A stretch of 64,000 bases of DNA from Camelus ferus (lineage: Eukaryota): NCBI RefSeq assembly GCF_009834535.1, contig NC_045697.1, positions 119,352,001 through 119,416,000 of the forward strand, in the 5' to 3' direction. The stretch's first letter is position 1. Each line of letters starts with the position of its first letter. Below the pieces are notes generated by a model, which was given only the letters and a program-made list of their open reading frames with translations, was not told the origin of the DNA and ran no database searches. Shown in pieces: positions 26,401 through 40,789 of this stretch. The position numbers were made by a program, and so were the translations under genes.

Positions 26401-29400
26401 ACCTAGCATGTTGGGAAGACAAAGTTTCTTTTCAGTTGCAAACTCCACTCCATACATATATAATGTGTGGTCCTAGCTCCAACACGTTTTTACAGTGAAA
26501 ACTATAGGAACTTCAAACCGGAACTAGGAAACAGACTGAGAAATCAGAATAAAAGTTTTTCCTGCAAACCGTTCAATTTGTGCTAGATGAACGAACGTCT
26601 CTCCACATGCTCAGTTCTAGAGATAAGTGGGGGTGAATGCCTTCCTTCATCTAGCTTGTTGGGAACACAAAGTTTCTTTTCTGATGCATATACCACTCCA
26701 TATATATATATGGGGAGGTACTAGCTACAACTCCATTTTACAGTGAAAACTGCAGGAACTTCAAACCGACACTAGGAAACAGAGTGAGAATCCACAATAG
26801 AAGTTTCTCCTGCAACCAGTTCATATTGTGCTAGATGAACGAAAGTCTCTCCACGTGCTCAGTTCTGAGAGACAATTGTTTGTGAAAGCCGTCCTTCACC
26901 TAGCTTGTTGGGAATACAAAGTTTCTTTTAAGGTGCAAATTCCAATCCATACATATATAAGGGTAGGAACAATTTCCATCTCGGTTTTACAGTGAAAACT
27001 GCAGGAAATTCAAACCGGCACTAGTAAACAGACTGTGAAACCAGAGTAAAAGTTTCTCCTGCAACACGTTCCATTGTGCTAGATGAAAGATCGTATCACC
27101 ACATGCTCTGTTCTGAGAGATAAGTGTGTGTGAAAGCCTTCCTTCACCTAACGTGTTGGGAAGACAAAGTTCTTTTCAGTTGTAATCTCCATTCCATACA
27201 TATATAAGGGTAGGTTCAAGTTCCAACTAGGTTTTACAGTGAAAACTGCAGGAACTTCAAACGGCACTAGTAAACAGGCTGTGAAACCAGAGTAAAAGTT
27301 TCTCCTGCAACACGTTCCTTTGTGCTACATGTAAGAACGTAACTCCAAATGCTCTGTTCTGAGAGATAAGTGTGTGTGAAAGCAGTCCTTCACCTAGCTA
27401 GTTGGGAACACAAAGTTTCTTTTCAGGTGCAAACTCCACTCCATACAAATATATGGGGATTTACTAGCTCCAAATCTGTTTTACTGTGAAAACTGCAGGA
27501 AATTCAAACCTGCACTAGGAAACAGTTGTGAACCCACAGAAAATTTTTCTCTTGCAACCAATTCCCATTGTCCTAGATGATCGAACGTCTCTCCACATGC
27601 TCAGTTCTGAGAGACAAGTGTGTTTGAAAGCCGTCCTTCACAAAGCTTGTTCGGAATACAAACATTCATTTCAGTTGCAAACTCCACTCCATACATACAT
27701 ATGGGGAGGTACTAGCTCCAACTCGGTTTTACAGTGAAAACTGTAGAAATTTCAAAACGGCACTAGGAAACAAAAAGATAAATCAGAGTAAAAGTTTCTC
27801 TTGCAACCCGTCTATTTGTGCTAGATGAACGAACGTCTCTCCACATGCTCAGTTCTGACAGATAAGTGTGTGTGAAAGCCGTCCTTCACCTAGCTTGTTG
27901 GGAAGACAAAATTTATTTTCAGGTGCAATCGCCACTCCATACATATATATGGGGAGGTACTAACTGCAACTCAGTTTTACAGTGAAAACTGCAGGAACTT
28001 CAAACCGGCACTAGGAAACAGACTGAGAAACAAGAGTATTAGTGTCTCCTGCAACACTTTCCATTGGGCTAGATGAAAGAACGTGTCTCAACGTGCTCAT
28101 TTCTGAGAGATAAGTGTGTTGAAAGCCGTCCTTCAACTAGCTTGTTGGGAAGACAAAGTTTCTTTCAAGTTGCAAACTCCACTTCATTCATAAAAAAGGG
28201 GAGGTTATTGCTCCAACACGGTTTTACTGTCAATCTGCAGGAACTTCAAACGGGCACTAGGAAACAGACTGAGAACCCAGAATAAAAGTTTATCTGCAAC
28301 CCATTCCCTTTGTGCTAGATGAAAGAACGTCACTCCACATGGTAGTTTCTGAGAGATAATTGCGTGTGAAAGCCGTCCTTCACCTAGCTTGTTGGGAACA
28401 CAAAGTTTCTTTTCAGGTGCAATCTCCACTCCATAAAAATATATGGGGATTTACTAGCTCCAAATCTGTTTTACTGTGAAAACTGCAGGAACTTCAAACC
28501 GGCACTAGGAAACAGACTTCACACCCAGAGTAAATGTTTCTCTTGCAACCCATTCCCTTTGTGCTAGATGAACTAACGTCTTTCCACATGCTCAGTTCGG
28601 AGAGACAAGTGTGTTTGAAAGCCGTCCTTCACAAAGCTAGTTGGGAATACAAAGATTTATTTCAGTTCCAAACTCCACTCCATACATATATATGGGGAGG
28701 TACTATCTACAACTCTGTTTTACAGTGAAAACTGCAGGAACTTCAAAACGGCACTAGGAAACAGTCAAAAATACCAGAGTAAAAGTTTCTCCTGCAACCC
28801 GTTCCATTTGTGCTAGATGAACGAAAGTCTCTACTTATGCTCAGTTCTGAGGGATAAGTGTGTGTGAAAGCCGTAATTCACCTAGCTTTTTGGGAACACT
28901 AAGTTTATTTTCAGGTGCAAACCCCAGTCCATACATATATATGGGGAGGTACTAGATCCAAAACGGTTTTACCATGAAAAATGCAGGAACTTCAAACCGG
29001 CACTAGGAAATATACTGAAAAACCAGAGTAAAATTTTCTCTTGCAACACGTTCCTTTTGTGCTAGATGAACGAAAATCTCTCCACATGCTCAGTACTGAG
29101 GGAAAAGTGTGTGTGAAAGCCGCCCTTCACCTGGCTTGTTGGGAACACAAAGATTCTTTTCAGTTGCAAACTCCAATCCATACATATATATGGGGTGGTA
29201 ATATCTCCAACACGATTTTACAGAGAAAACTGCAGGAATTTCAAACAGGTAGTAGGAAACAGACTTAGAAACTAGAGAAAAGTTTCCCCTGCTACCCGTT
29301 CCCTTGGTGCTAGATGAACTATCGTCTCTCCACATGCTCACTTCTGAGAGATAAGTGTGTGTTAAAACCGTCCTTCACCTAGATTTTGGGAACACAAAGT

Positions 29401-32400
29401 TTCTTTTCATTTGCCAAATCCACTCCAGACATATATATGTGGAGGTACTAGCTCCAACTAAGTTTTACAGTGAAAACTGCAGGAACTTCAAACCGGCACT
29501 AGGAAACAGACTGAGAAACCAGAGTAAAAGTTTCCCCTGCAACCCGTTCCCTTGCTACTAGATGAATGAACGTCTCTCCACATGCTCAGTTTTGAGAGAT
29601 AAGTGTGTGTGAAAGCCGAACTTCAACTAGCTTGGTGGAACACCAAATTCTGTTAAGTGACAACTCCACTCCATACATATATATGGGTATATTCTAGCTC
29701 CAACTCGGTTTTACAGTGAAAACTGCAAGAACTTCTTACCGGCACTAGGAAACAGACTGAGAAAACCGAGTAAAAGTTTCTCCTGCAAACCGTTTCATTT
29801 CTGCTAGAGAAAAGAAAGTCTCTCCACATGCTCAGTTCTGAGAGAAAAGTGTGTGTGAAAGCTGTCCTTCACCTAGGTTGTTGGGAACACAAAGATTCAA
29901 TTCAGTTGCAAACTCCAATCTATACCTATATAGGGGGACGTACTAGCTCCAAATCAGGTTTACAGTGAAAACTGTAGAAACTTCAAACCGGCACTAGGAA
30001 ACAAAAAGATAAACCAGAGTAAAAGTTTTTCCTGCAACCCGTCCATTTGTGCTAGATGAACGAAAGTCTCTCCACATGCTCAGTTCTGAGAGATAAGTGT
30101 GTCTGAAAGCCGTCCTTCACCTAGCTTGTTGGGAAGACAAGGATTATTTTCAGTTGCAGTCACCACTCCATACATATATATGGGGAGGTACTAGCTTCAA
30201 CTCTGTTTTACAGTGAAAACTGCAGGAACTTCAAACCGGCACTAGGAAACAGACTGAGAAACAAGAGTAATAGTGTCTCCTGCAACACGTTCCATTGTGC
30301 TAGATGAAAGAACGTGTCTCTACGTGCTCAGTTCTGAGAGATAATTGTGTGTGAAAGCCGTCCTTCAGCTAGCTTGTTGGGAAGACAAAGTTTCTTTTAA
30401 GTTGCCAACTCCACTTCATTCATATAAAAGGGGAGGTAATTGCTCCAACATGGTTTTACAGTCAAAACTGCAGGAAATTCAAACGGGCACTAGGAAACAG
30501 ACTGAGAACCCAGAATAAATGTTTCTCCTGCAACCCTTTCCATTTGTGCCAAATGAAAGAACGTCACTCCACATGGTAGTTTCTGAGAGATAATTGCGTT
30601 TGAAAGCCGTCCTTCAACTAGGTTGTTGGGAACACAAAGTTTATTTTCAGGTGCAAACTCCACTCCATACAAATATATGGGGATTTACTAGCTCAAACTC
30701 TGTTTTACAGTGAAAACTGCAGGAACTTCAAAACGGCACTAGGAAAACATCAGATAAACCAGAGTAAAAGTTTCTCCTGCAACCCGTTCCATTTGTGCTA
30801 GATGAACGAAAGTCTCTCCATATGCTCAGTTCTGAGAGATAAGTGTTTGTGAAAGCCGTACTTCACCTAGCTTTTTTGGAACACTAAGTTTCTTTTCAGG
30901 TGCAAACCCCACTCCATACATATATATGGGGAGGTACTAGCTCCAACACTGTTTTACAATGAAAAATGCATGAACTTCATACCGGCACTAGGAAATATAC
31001 TGAGAAACCAGAGTAAAATTTTCTCCTGCAACACGTTCCCTTTGTGCTAGATGAACGAAATTCTCTCCACATGCTCAGTACTGAGGGATATGTGTGTGTG
31101 AAAGCCGCCTTCACCTGGCTTGTTGGGAACACAAAGATACTATTAAGTTGCAAACTCCACTCCATACATATATATGAGGAGGTACTATCTCCAACTCGGT
31201 TTTACAGTGGAAACTGCAGGAACTTCATACCGGTAGTAGGAAACAGACTTAGGAACCAGAGTAAAAGTTTCCCCTGCTACCCGTTCCCTTGGTGCTAGAT
31301 AAACGAAAGTCTCTCCACATGCTCAGCTCTGAGAGTTATGTGTGTGTGAAAACCGTCCTTCACCTAGATTTTGGGAACACAAAGTTTCTTTTCATTTGCC
31401 AAATCCACTTCAGACATATATATGGGGAGGTACTAGCTCCAACTAAGTTTTACAGTGAAAACTGCAGGAACTTCTAACCGGCACTAGGAAACAGACTGAG
31501 AAACCAGAGTAAAAGTTTCTCCTGCAACACGTTCCATTGTGCTAGATGAATTAACGTCTCTCCACATGCTCAGTTCTGATAGATAAATGAGAGTGAAAGC
31601 CATCCTTCACATAGCATGTTGGGAAGACAAAGATTCTGTCAGTTTCAAACTCCACTACATACATATATAAGGGGTGGTCCTAGCTCCAACTCGGTTTTAC
31701 CATGAAAACTGCAGGAACTTCAAACCGGCACTAGGAAACAGCCTGGGAAATCAGAGTAAAAATTTCTCCTGCAACAAGTTCATTGGTGCTACATGAACGA
31801 ACGTGTCTCCACAAGCTCAGTTCTGTGAGATATGTGTGTTTGAAAGCCGTCCTTCACTTTGCTTTTTGGGAACACAAACTTTCTTCTCAGTTGCCAACTC
31901 CACTCCATACATATATATGGGGAGGTACAAGCTCCAACACGGTTTTACAGTGAAATATACAGGAACTTCCAACCGGCACTAGGAAACAGACTGAGAAACC
32001 TTAGGAAAAGTTTCCCCTGCAACACGTTTCCTTGCTGTTAGATGAATGAACGTCTCTCCACATGCTCAGTTTTGAGAGATAACTGTGTGTGAAAGCCGTC
32101 CTTCTAGTAGCTTGTTGGGAACACATAGTTCTTTTCAGGTGACAACTCAACTCCAAAAATATATATGGGTAGGTTCTAGCTCCAACTCGGTTTTACAGTG
32201 AAAACTGCAGGAAATTCAAACCAGCACTAGGATACAGACTGAAAAACCAGAGTAAAAATTCCCCTGCAAACTGTTCCCTTTGTGCTAGATGAACGAAAGT
32301 CTCTCGACATGCTTATATTGAAGGATAAGTGTGTGTGAAAGCCGTACTTCAACTAGCTTGTTGGGAACACAAATATTCTTTTCAGTTGCCATCACCAATC

Positions 32401-35400
32401 CATAAATATATTTGGGGAGGTACAAGCTCCAACATGGTTTTACAGTTTAAAACTGCAGGAATTCAAACCAGCAGTAGGAAACAGACTGAGTTAACAGAGT
32501 AAAATTTCTCCTGCAACACGTTCCATTGTGCTAGATGAATTAAGGTCTCTCCACATGCTCAGTTCTGATAGATAAAGGAGAGTGAAAGCCTTCCTTCACC
32601 TAGCATGTTGGGAAGACAAAGTTTCTTTTCAGTTGCAAACTCCACTCCATACATATATAATGTGTGGTCCTAGCTCCAACACGTTTTTACAGTGAAAACT
32701 ATAGGAACTTCAAACCGGAACTAGGAAACAGACTGAGAAATCAGAATAAAAGTTTTTCCTGCAAACCGTTCAATTTGTGCTAGATGAACGAACGTCTCTC
32801 CACATGCTCAGTTCTAGAGATAAGTGGGGGTGAATGCCTTCCTTCATCTAGCTTGTTGGGAACACAAAGTTTCTTTTCTGATGCATATACCACTCCATAT
32901 ATATATGGGGAGGTACTAGCTACAACTCCATTTTACAGTGAAAACTGCAGGAACTTCAAACCGACACTAGGAAACAGAGTGAGAATCCACAATAGAAGTT
33001 TCTCCTGCAACCAGTTCATATTGTGCTAGATGAACGAAAGTCTCTCCACGTGCTCAGTTCTGAGAGACAATTGTTTGTGAAAGCCGTCCTTCACCTAGCT
33101 TGTTGGGAATACAAAGTTTCTTTTAAGGTGCAAATTCCAATCCATACATATATAAGGGTAGGAACAATTTCCATCTCGGTTTTACAGTGAAAACTGCAGG
33201 AAATTCAAACCGGCACTAGTAAACAGACTGTGAAACCAGAGTAAAAGTTTCTCCTGCAACACGTTCCATTGTGCTAGATGAAAGATCGTATCACCACATG
33301 CTCTGTTCTGAGAGATAAGTGTGTGTGAAAGCCTTCCTTCACCTAACGTGTTGGGAAGACAAAGTTCTTTTCAGTTGTAATCTCCATTCCATACATATAT
33401 AAGGGTAGGTTCAAGTTCCAACTAGGTTTTACAGTGAAAACTGCAGGAACTTCAAACGGCACTAGTAAACAGGCTGTGAAACCAGAGTAAAAGTTTCTCC
33501 TGCAACACGTTCCTTTGTGCTACATGTAAGAACGTAACTCCAAATGCTCTGTTCTGAGAGATAAGTGTGTGTGAAAGCAGTCCTTCACCTAGCTAGTTGG
33601 GAACACAAAGTTTCTTTTCAGGTGCAAACTCCACTCCATACAAATATATGGGGATTTACTAGCTCCAAATCTGTTTTACTGTGAAAACTGCAGGAAATTC
33701 AAACCTGCACTAGGAAACAGTTGTGAACCCACAGAAAATTTTTCTCTTGCAACCAATTCCCATTGTCCTAGATGATCGAACGTCTCTCCACATGCTCAGT
33801 TCTGAGAGACAAGTGTGTTTGAAAGCCGTCCTTCACAAAGCTTGTTCGGAATACAAACATTCATTTCAGTTGCAAACTCCACTCCATACATACATATGGG
33901 GAGGTACTAGCTCCAACTCGGTTTTACAGTGAAAACTGTAGAAATTTCAAAACGGCACTAGGAAACAAAAAGATAAATCAGAGTAAAAGTTTCTCTTGCA
34001 ACCCGTCTATTTGTGCTAGATGAACGAACGTCTCTCCACATGCTCAGTTCTGACAGATAAGTGTGTGTGAAAGCCGTCCTTCACCTAGCTTGTTGGGAAG
34101 ACAAAATTTATTTTCAGGTGCAATCGCCACTCCATACATATATATGGGGAGGTACTAACTGCAACTCAGTTTTACAGTGAAAACTGCAGGAACTTCAAAC
34201 CGGCACTAGGAAACAGACTGAGAACAAGAGTATTAGTGTCTCCTGCAACACTTTCCATTGGGCTAGATGAAAGAACGTGTCTCAACGTGCTCATTTCTGA
34301 GAGATAAGTGTGTTGAAAGCCGTCCTTCAACTAGCTTGTTGGAAGACAAAGTTTCTTTCAAGTTGCAAACTCCACTTCATTCATAAAAAAGGGGAGGTTA
34401 TTGCTCCAACACGGTTTTACTGTCAATCTGCAGGAACTTCAAACGGGCACTAGGAAACAGACTGAGAACCCAGAATAAAAGTTTATCTGCAACCCATTCC
34501 CTTTGTGCTAGATGAAAGAACGTCACTCCACATGCTAGTTTCTGAGAGATAATTGCGTGTGAAAGCCGTCCTTCACCTAGCTTGTTGGGAACACAAAGTT
34601 TCTTTTCAGGTGCAATCTCCACTCCATAAAAATATATGGGGATTTACTAGCTCCAAATCTGTTTTACTGTGAAAACTGCAGGAACTTCAAACCGGCACTA
34701 GGAAACAGACTGCACACCCAGAGTAAATGTTTCTCCTTGCAACCCATTCCCTTTGTGCTAGATGAACTAACATCTTTCCACATGCTCAGTTCGGAGAGAC
34801 AAGTGTGTTTTGAAAGCCGTCCTTCACAAAGCTAGTTGGGAATACAAAGATTTATTTCAGTTCCAAACTCCACTCCATACATATATATGGGGAGGTACTA
34901 TCTACAACTCTGTTTTACAGTGAAAACTGCAGGAACTTCAAAACGGCACTAGGAAACAGTCAAAAATACCAGAGTAAAAGTTTCTCCTGCAACCCGTTCC
35001 ATTTGTGCTAGATGAACGAAAGTCTCTACTTATGCTCAGTTCTGAGGGATAAGTGTGTGTGAAAGCCGTAATTCACCTAGCTTTTTGGGAACACTAAGTT
35101 TCTTTTCAGGTGGCAAACCCCAGTCCATACATATATATGGGGAGGTACTCGATCCAAAAACGGTTTTTACCATGAAAAATGCAGGAACTTCAAACCGGGC
35201 ACTAGGAAATATACTGAAAAACCAGAGTAAAATTTTCTCTTGCAAACACGTTCCTTTTGTGCTAGATGAACGGAAAATCTCTCCACATGCTCAGTACTGA
35301 GGGAAAAAGTGTGTGTGAAAGCCGCCCTTCACCCTGGCTTGTTGGGAACACAAAGATTCTTTTCAGTTGCAAACTCCATCCATACATATATATGGGGTGG

Positions 35401-36050
35401 TAATATCTCCAACACGATTTTTACAGAGAAAACTGCAGGAATTTCAAACAGGTAGTAGGAAACAGACTTAGAAACTAGAGAAAAGTTTCCCCTGCTACCC
35501 GTTCCCTTGGTGCTAGATGAACTATCGTCTCTCCACATGCTCACTTCTGAGTAGATAAGTGTGTGTTAAAACCGTCCTTCACCTAGATTTTGGGAACACA
35601 AAGTTTTCTTTTCATTTGCCAAATCCACTCCAGACATATATATGTGGAGGTACTAGCTCCAACTAAGTTTTACAGTGAAAACTGCAGGAACTTTCAAACC
35701 GGCACTAGGAAACAGACTGAGAAACCAGAGTAAAAGTTTCCCCTGCAACCCGTTCCCTTGCTACTAGATGAATGAACGTCTCTCCACATGCTCAGTTTTG
35801 AGAGATAAGTGTGTGTGAAAGCCGAACTTCAACTAGCTTGGTGGAACACCAAATTCTGTTAAGTGACAACCTCCACTCCATACATATATATTGGTATATT
35901 CTAGCTCCAACTCGGTTTTACAGTGAAAACTGCAAGAACTTCTTACCGGCACTAGGAAACACACGAGAAAACCGAGTAAAAGTTTCTCCTGCAAACCGTT
36001 TCATTTCTGCTAGAGAAAGAAAGTCTCTCCACATGCTCAGTTCTGAGAGA
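17480..36050 (+). repeat. 25-monomer higher-order repeat (6196 bp), 3 near-identical tandem copies (~17480-23675, ~23676-29871, ~29872-36050)
   Basis: Identical ORF translations recur at an exact 6196 offset: 18098/24294/30490, 18585/24781/30977, 18897/25093/31289, 22845/29041, 23159/29355. 6196/25 = 247.8, and I counted 25 distinct monomers between 17580 and 23776. Confidence 0.95.
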
Positions 36051-39000
36051 CAATTGGTGTGAAAGCCGTCCTTCACCTAGCTTGTTGGGAATACAAAGTT
36101 TCTTTTCAGGTGCAAATTCCAATCCATACATATATAAAGGTATGAACAATTTCCATCTCGGTTTTACAGTGAAAACTGCAGGAACTTCAACCCGCACTAG
36201 TAAACACTGTGAAAACAGAGTAAAAGTTTCTCCAGCAACACGTTCCATTGTGCTAGATGAAAGAACGTATCACCACATGCTCTGTTCTGAGAGATAAGTG
36301 TGTGTGAAAGCATTCCTTCACCTAACTTGTTGGGAAGACAAAGTTTCTTTTCAGTTGTAATCTCCATTCCATACATATATAAGAGTAGGTACAAGTCCAA
36401 CTAGGTTTTACAGTGAAAACTGCAGGAACTTCAAACCGGCACTAGGAAACAGGCTGAAAACCCAGAGTAAATGTTCTCTTGCAACACATTTCCCTTTGTG
36501 GTAGATGACGAACGTCTCTCCACATGCTGAGTTCTGAGAGACAAGTGTGTTTGAAAGCTGTCCTTCACCAAGCGCTGGTTGGGTATACAAAGATTCATTT
36601 AAGTTGCAACTCCACTCCATACATATATGGGGAGGTACTATCTACAAACTCTGTTTTACAGTGAAAACTGCAGAACTTCAAACGGCACTGGAAACAGTCA
36701 GAAAAACCAGAGTAAAAGTTGCTCCTGCAACCCGTTCCATTTTTGCTAGATGAATGAAAGTCTCTCCATACGCTCAGTTCTGAGAGATAAGTGTGTGTGA
36801 AAGCCGTAATTCACCTAGCTTTTTGGGAACATTAAGTTTCTTTTCAGGTGCAAACCCCACTCCATACATATATATGGGGAGGTACTAGCTCCAACACGGT
36901 TTTACAATGAAAAATGTAGGAACTTCAAACCGGCACTAGGAAATATACTGAAAAACCAGAGAAAAATTTTCTCTTGCAACATTTTCCTTTTGTGCTAGAT
37001 GAACGAAAATCTCTCCACATGCTCAGTACTGAGGGATAAGTGTGTGTGAAAGCCGCCCTTCACCTGTCTTGTTGGGAACACAAAGATTCTTTTCAGTTGC
37101 AGACACCAATCCATACATATAATTGGGGAGGTACTATCTCCAACTCTGTTTTACAGTGAATACTGCAGGAACTTCAAACCGGTAGTAGGAAACAGACTTA
37201 GAAACTAGAGTAAAAGTTTCCCCTGCTACCCGTTCCCTTGGTGCTAGATGAACTATCGTCTCTCCTCATGCTCACTTCTGAGAGATATGTGTGTGTGAAA
37301 ACCGTCCTTCACCTACATTTTGGGAACACAAAGTTTCTTTTCATTTGCCAAATCCACACCAGACATATATATGGGGAGGTACTAGCTCCAACTAAATTTT
37401 ACAGTGAAAATTGCAGGAACTTCAAACCGGCACTAGGAAACAGACTGAGAAACCAGAGTAAAAGTTTCCCCTGCAACCCGTTCCCTTGCTACTAGATGAA
37501 TGAACGTCTCTCCACATGCTCAGTTTTGAGAGATAAGTGTGTGTGAAAGCCGTCCTTCAACTAGCTTGTTGGGAACACAAAATTCTGTTCAGTGACAACT
37601 CCACTCCTTACATATATATGGGTATGTTCTAGCTCCAACTCGGTTTTACAGTGAAAACTGCTGGAAATTCAAACCAGCACTAGGATACAGACTGAAAAAC
37701 CAGAGTAAAAATTCCCCTGCAAACGGTTCCCTTTGTGCTCGATGAACGAAAGTCTCTAAAAATGCTCATTTCTGAGAGATAAGAGTGTGTGAAAGACGTA
37801 CTTCACCTAGCTTGTTGGGAACACAAATTTTCTTTTCAGTTGCCATCACCTATCCATAAATATATATGGGGAGGTACAAGCTCCAACTTGGTTTTACAGT
37901 TAAAAATGCAGGAATTCAAACCAGCACAAGGAAACACACTGAGAAACCAGAGTAAAATTTTCTCCTGCAACACGTTCCATTGTGCTAGATGAATTAACAT
38001 CTCTCCACATGCTCAGGTCTGATAGATAAAGGAGAGTGAAAGCCGTCCTTCACCTAGCATGTTGGGAAGACAAAGATTCTTTTCAGTTGCAAATTCCACT
38101 CCATACAATTATAAGGGTTGGTCCAAGCTCCAACACGTTTTTACAGTGAAAACTACAGGAACCTCAAACCGGAACTTGGAAACAGACTGAGAAATCAGAG
38201 TAAAAATTTTTCCTGCAACCCGTTCACTTTGTGCTAGATGAACGAACGTCTCTCCACATGCCCATTTCTGAGAGATAACTGTGTGTGAAAGCCGTCCTTC
38301 ACCTAGCTTGTTGTTAATACAAAGTTTCTTTTCTGGTGCAAATTCCACTCCATACATATATAAGGGTAGGAACAATTTCCATCTCGGTTTTACAATGAAA
38401 ACTGCAGGAACTTCAAACCGGCACTAGTAAACAGACTGTGAAACCACAGTAAAAGTTTCTCCTGCATCAAGTTCCATTGTGCTAGATGAAAGAACGTATC
38501 TCCACATGCCCTGTTCTGAGAGATAAATGTGTGTGAAAGCCTTCCTTCAACTAACTTGTTGGGAAGACAAAGTTTCTTTTCAGTAGTAATCTCCACTCCA
38601 TACATATAAAAGGGTAGGTACAAGTTCCAACTCGGTTTTACAGTGAAAACTGCCGGATCTTCAATCGGCACTAGTAAACAGACTGTGAAACCAGAATAAA
38701 TGTTTCCCTGCAACAAGTTCCATTGTTCTAGATGAAAGAACGTAACTCCACATGCTCTGTTCTTAGAGATAATTGTGTGTGAAAGCCGTTCTTCACCTAG
38801 CTTGTTTGGAAGACACAGTTTCTTTTCAGTTGTAATCTCCACTCCATAAATATATAAGGGTAGGACCAAGTTCCAACTCGGTTTTACAGTGAAAAATGCA
38901 GGATCTTCAATCGGCACTAGTAAACAGACTGTAAAACCAGAGTAAAAGTTTCTCCTGCAACAAGTTCCATTGTGCTAGATGAAAGAACGTATCTCCACAT

Positions 39001-40443
39001 GCTCAATTCTGAGAGATAAGTGTGTGTGAAACAGTCCTTCACCTAGCTTTTGGGAAGACAAAGTTTATTTTCAGTTGCAATCTTTATTTCATACATATAA
39101 ACGGGGAGGTAATTACTCCAACACGGTTTTACAGAGAAAACTGCAGGAACTTCTAACCGGCACTAGGAAACAGACTGAGAAACCAGAGCAAATATTTCTC
39201 CTGCCACCGTTCCCTTTGTGCTAGATGAAAGAAAGTCACTCCACATGCTAAGTTCTGAGAGATAATTGTGTTTGGAAGCCATCCTTCACCTAGCTTGTTG
39301 GGAACACAAAGTTTCTTTTCAGTTGCAAACTCCAGTCCATACATATATATGGTGAGATACTAGCTCCAACTCGGTTTTACAGTGAAAACTGTAGGAACTT
39401 CAAAACAGCATTAGGAAACAAACAGATAAACCAGAGGAAAAGTTTCCCCTGCAACCGGTTCCATTTGTGCTAAATGAACGAACGTCTCTCAACATGCTCA
39501 GTTCTGAGAAATAAGTGTGTGTGAAAGCAGTCCGTCACCTAGCTTGTTGGGAAGAAAAGATTATTTTCAGTTGCAATCTCCACTCCATACATATATATGG
39601 GGTGGTAATAGCTCCAACTCGGTTTTACAGTGAAAACTGCAGGAAATTCAAACCGGCACTAGGAAACAGACTGAGAAACCAGATTAAAAGTGACTCCCGC
39701 AACACATTCCATTGTGCTAGATGAAAGAACGTGTCTCCCCATGCTCAGTTCTGAGACATAAGTGCGTGTGAAAGCCGTCCTTTAACTATCTTGTTGGGAA
39801 GACAAAGTTTCTTTTAAGTTGCAATCTCCACTTCATTCATATAAAAGAGGAGGTAATTGCTCCAACAAGATTTTACAGTGAAAACTGCCGGAACTTCAAA
39901 CGGGCACTAGGAAACAGACTGAGAACCGAGAATAAAAGTTTCTCCTGCAACCCCTTCCCTTTGTGCTGGATGAAAGAACGTCACACCACATGCTAGGTTC
40001 TGAGAGATAATTGCGTGTGAAAGCCGTACTTCACCTAGCTTGTTGGAACACAAAGTTTCTTTTCAGTTGCATACTCCACTCCATACATATATATGGTGAG
40101 ATACAAGCTCCAACTCGGTTTTACAGTGAAAACTGCAGGAACTTCAATCCGGCACTAGGAAGCAGACTGAGAAACCAGAGTAAAAGTTTCTCCTGCAACC
40201 CGTTCCATTTGTGCTAGATGAACGAACATATCACCCCATGCTCAGTTCTGAGACATAATTGTGTGTGATGCCGTCCTTCACATAGCTTGTTGGGAACACA
40301 AAGATTCTTTTCAGATGCAAATCCACTCCAAACAAATATATGGGTAGGTACTATCTCCAACTCTGTTTTACTGTGAAAACTGCAGGAAATTCAAACCGGC
40401 ACTAGGAAACAGTCAGAGAAACCAGAGTAAAAGTTTCTCCTGC
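36050..40443 (+). repeat. Satellite domain 4: diverged relatives of the 25-mer monomer classes, with no exact HOR period
   Basis: The same class markers appear (GGTAGTAGG ~37181, CAGACATATA ~37360, GGATACAGACTGAAAAA ~37683, GAATTAA ~37991) but with many additional substitutions and an altered order. Confidence 0.75.
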
Positions 40444-40543
40444 NNNNNNNNNNNNNNNNNNNNNNNNNNNNNNNNNNNNNNNNNNNNNNNNNNNNNNNNN
40501 NNNNNNNNNNNNNNNNNNNNNNNNNNNNNNNNNNNNNNNNNNN
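40444..40543. other. Assembly gap (100 N, unknown true size)
   Basis: Run of exactly 100 N. Confidence 0.99.
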
Positions 40544-40789
40544 ACTAGGAAACAGAATGAGAATCCAGAGTAAAATTTTCTCCTGCAACATATTCCATTT
40601 GTGCTAGATGAACGAACGTCTCACCACATGCTCAGTTCTGAGACATAATTGTGTGTGAATGCCGTCCTTCACATAGCTTGTGGTAACACAAAGTTTTTTT
40701 CATTTGCAAACGCCACTCCATACAATATATGGGGATTTACAAGCTCCAACTCTGTTTTACTGTGAAAACTGCAGGAACTTCAAACCGGC

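Noticed and set aside
38390..38917. Longest ORF (175 aa, minus strand)
   Set aside because: It is chance read-through of about two adjacent similar monomers; the peptide repeats internally with the monomer period.
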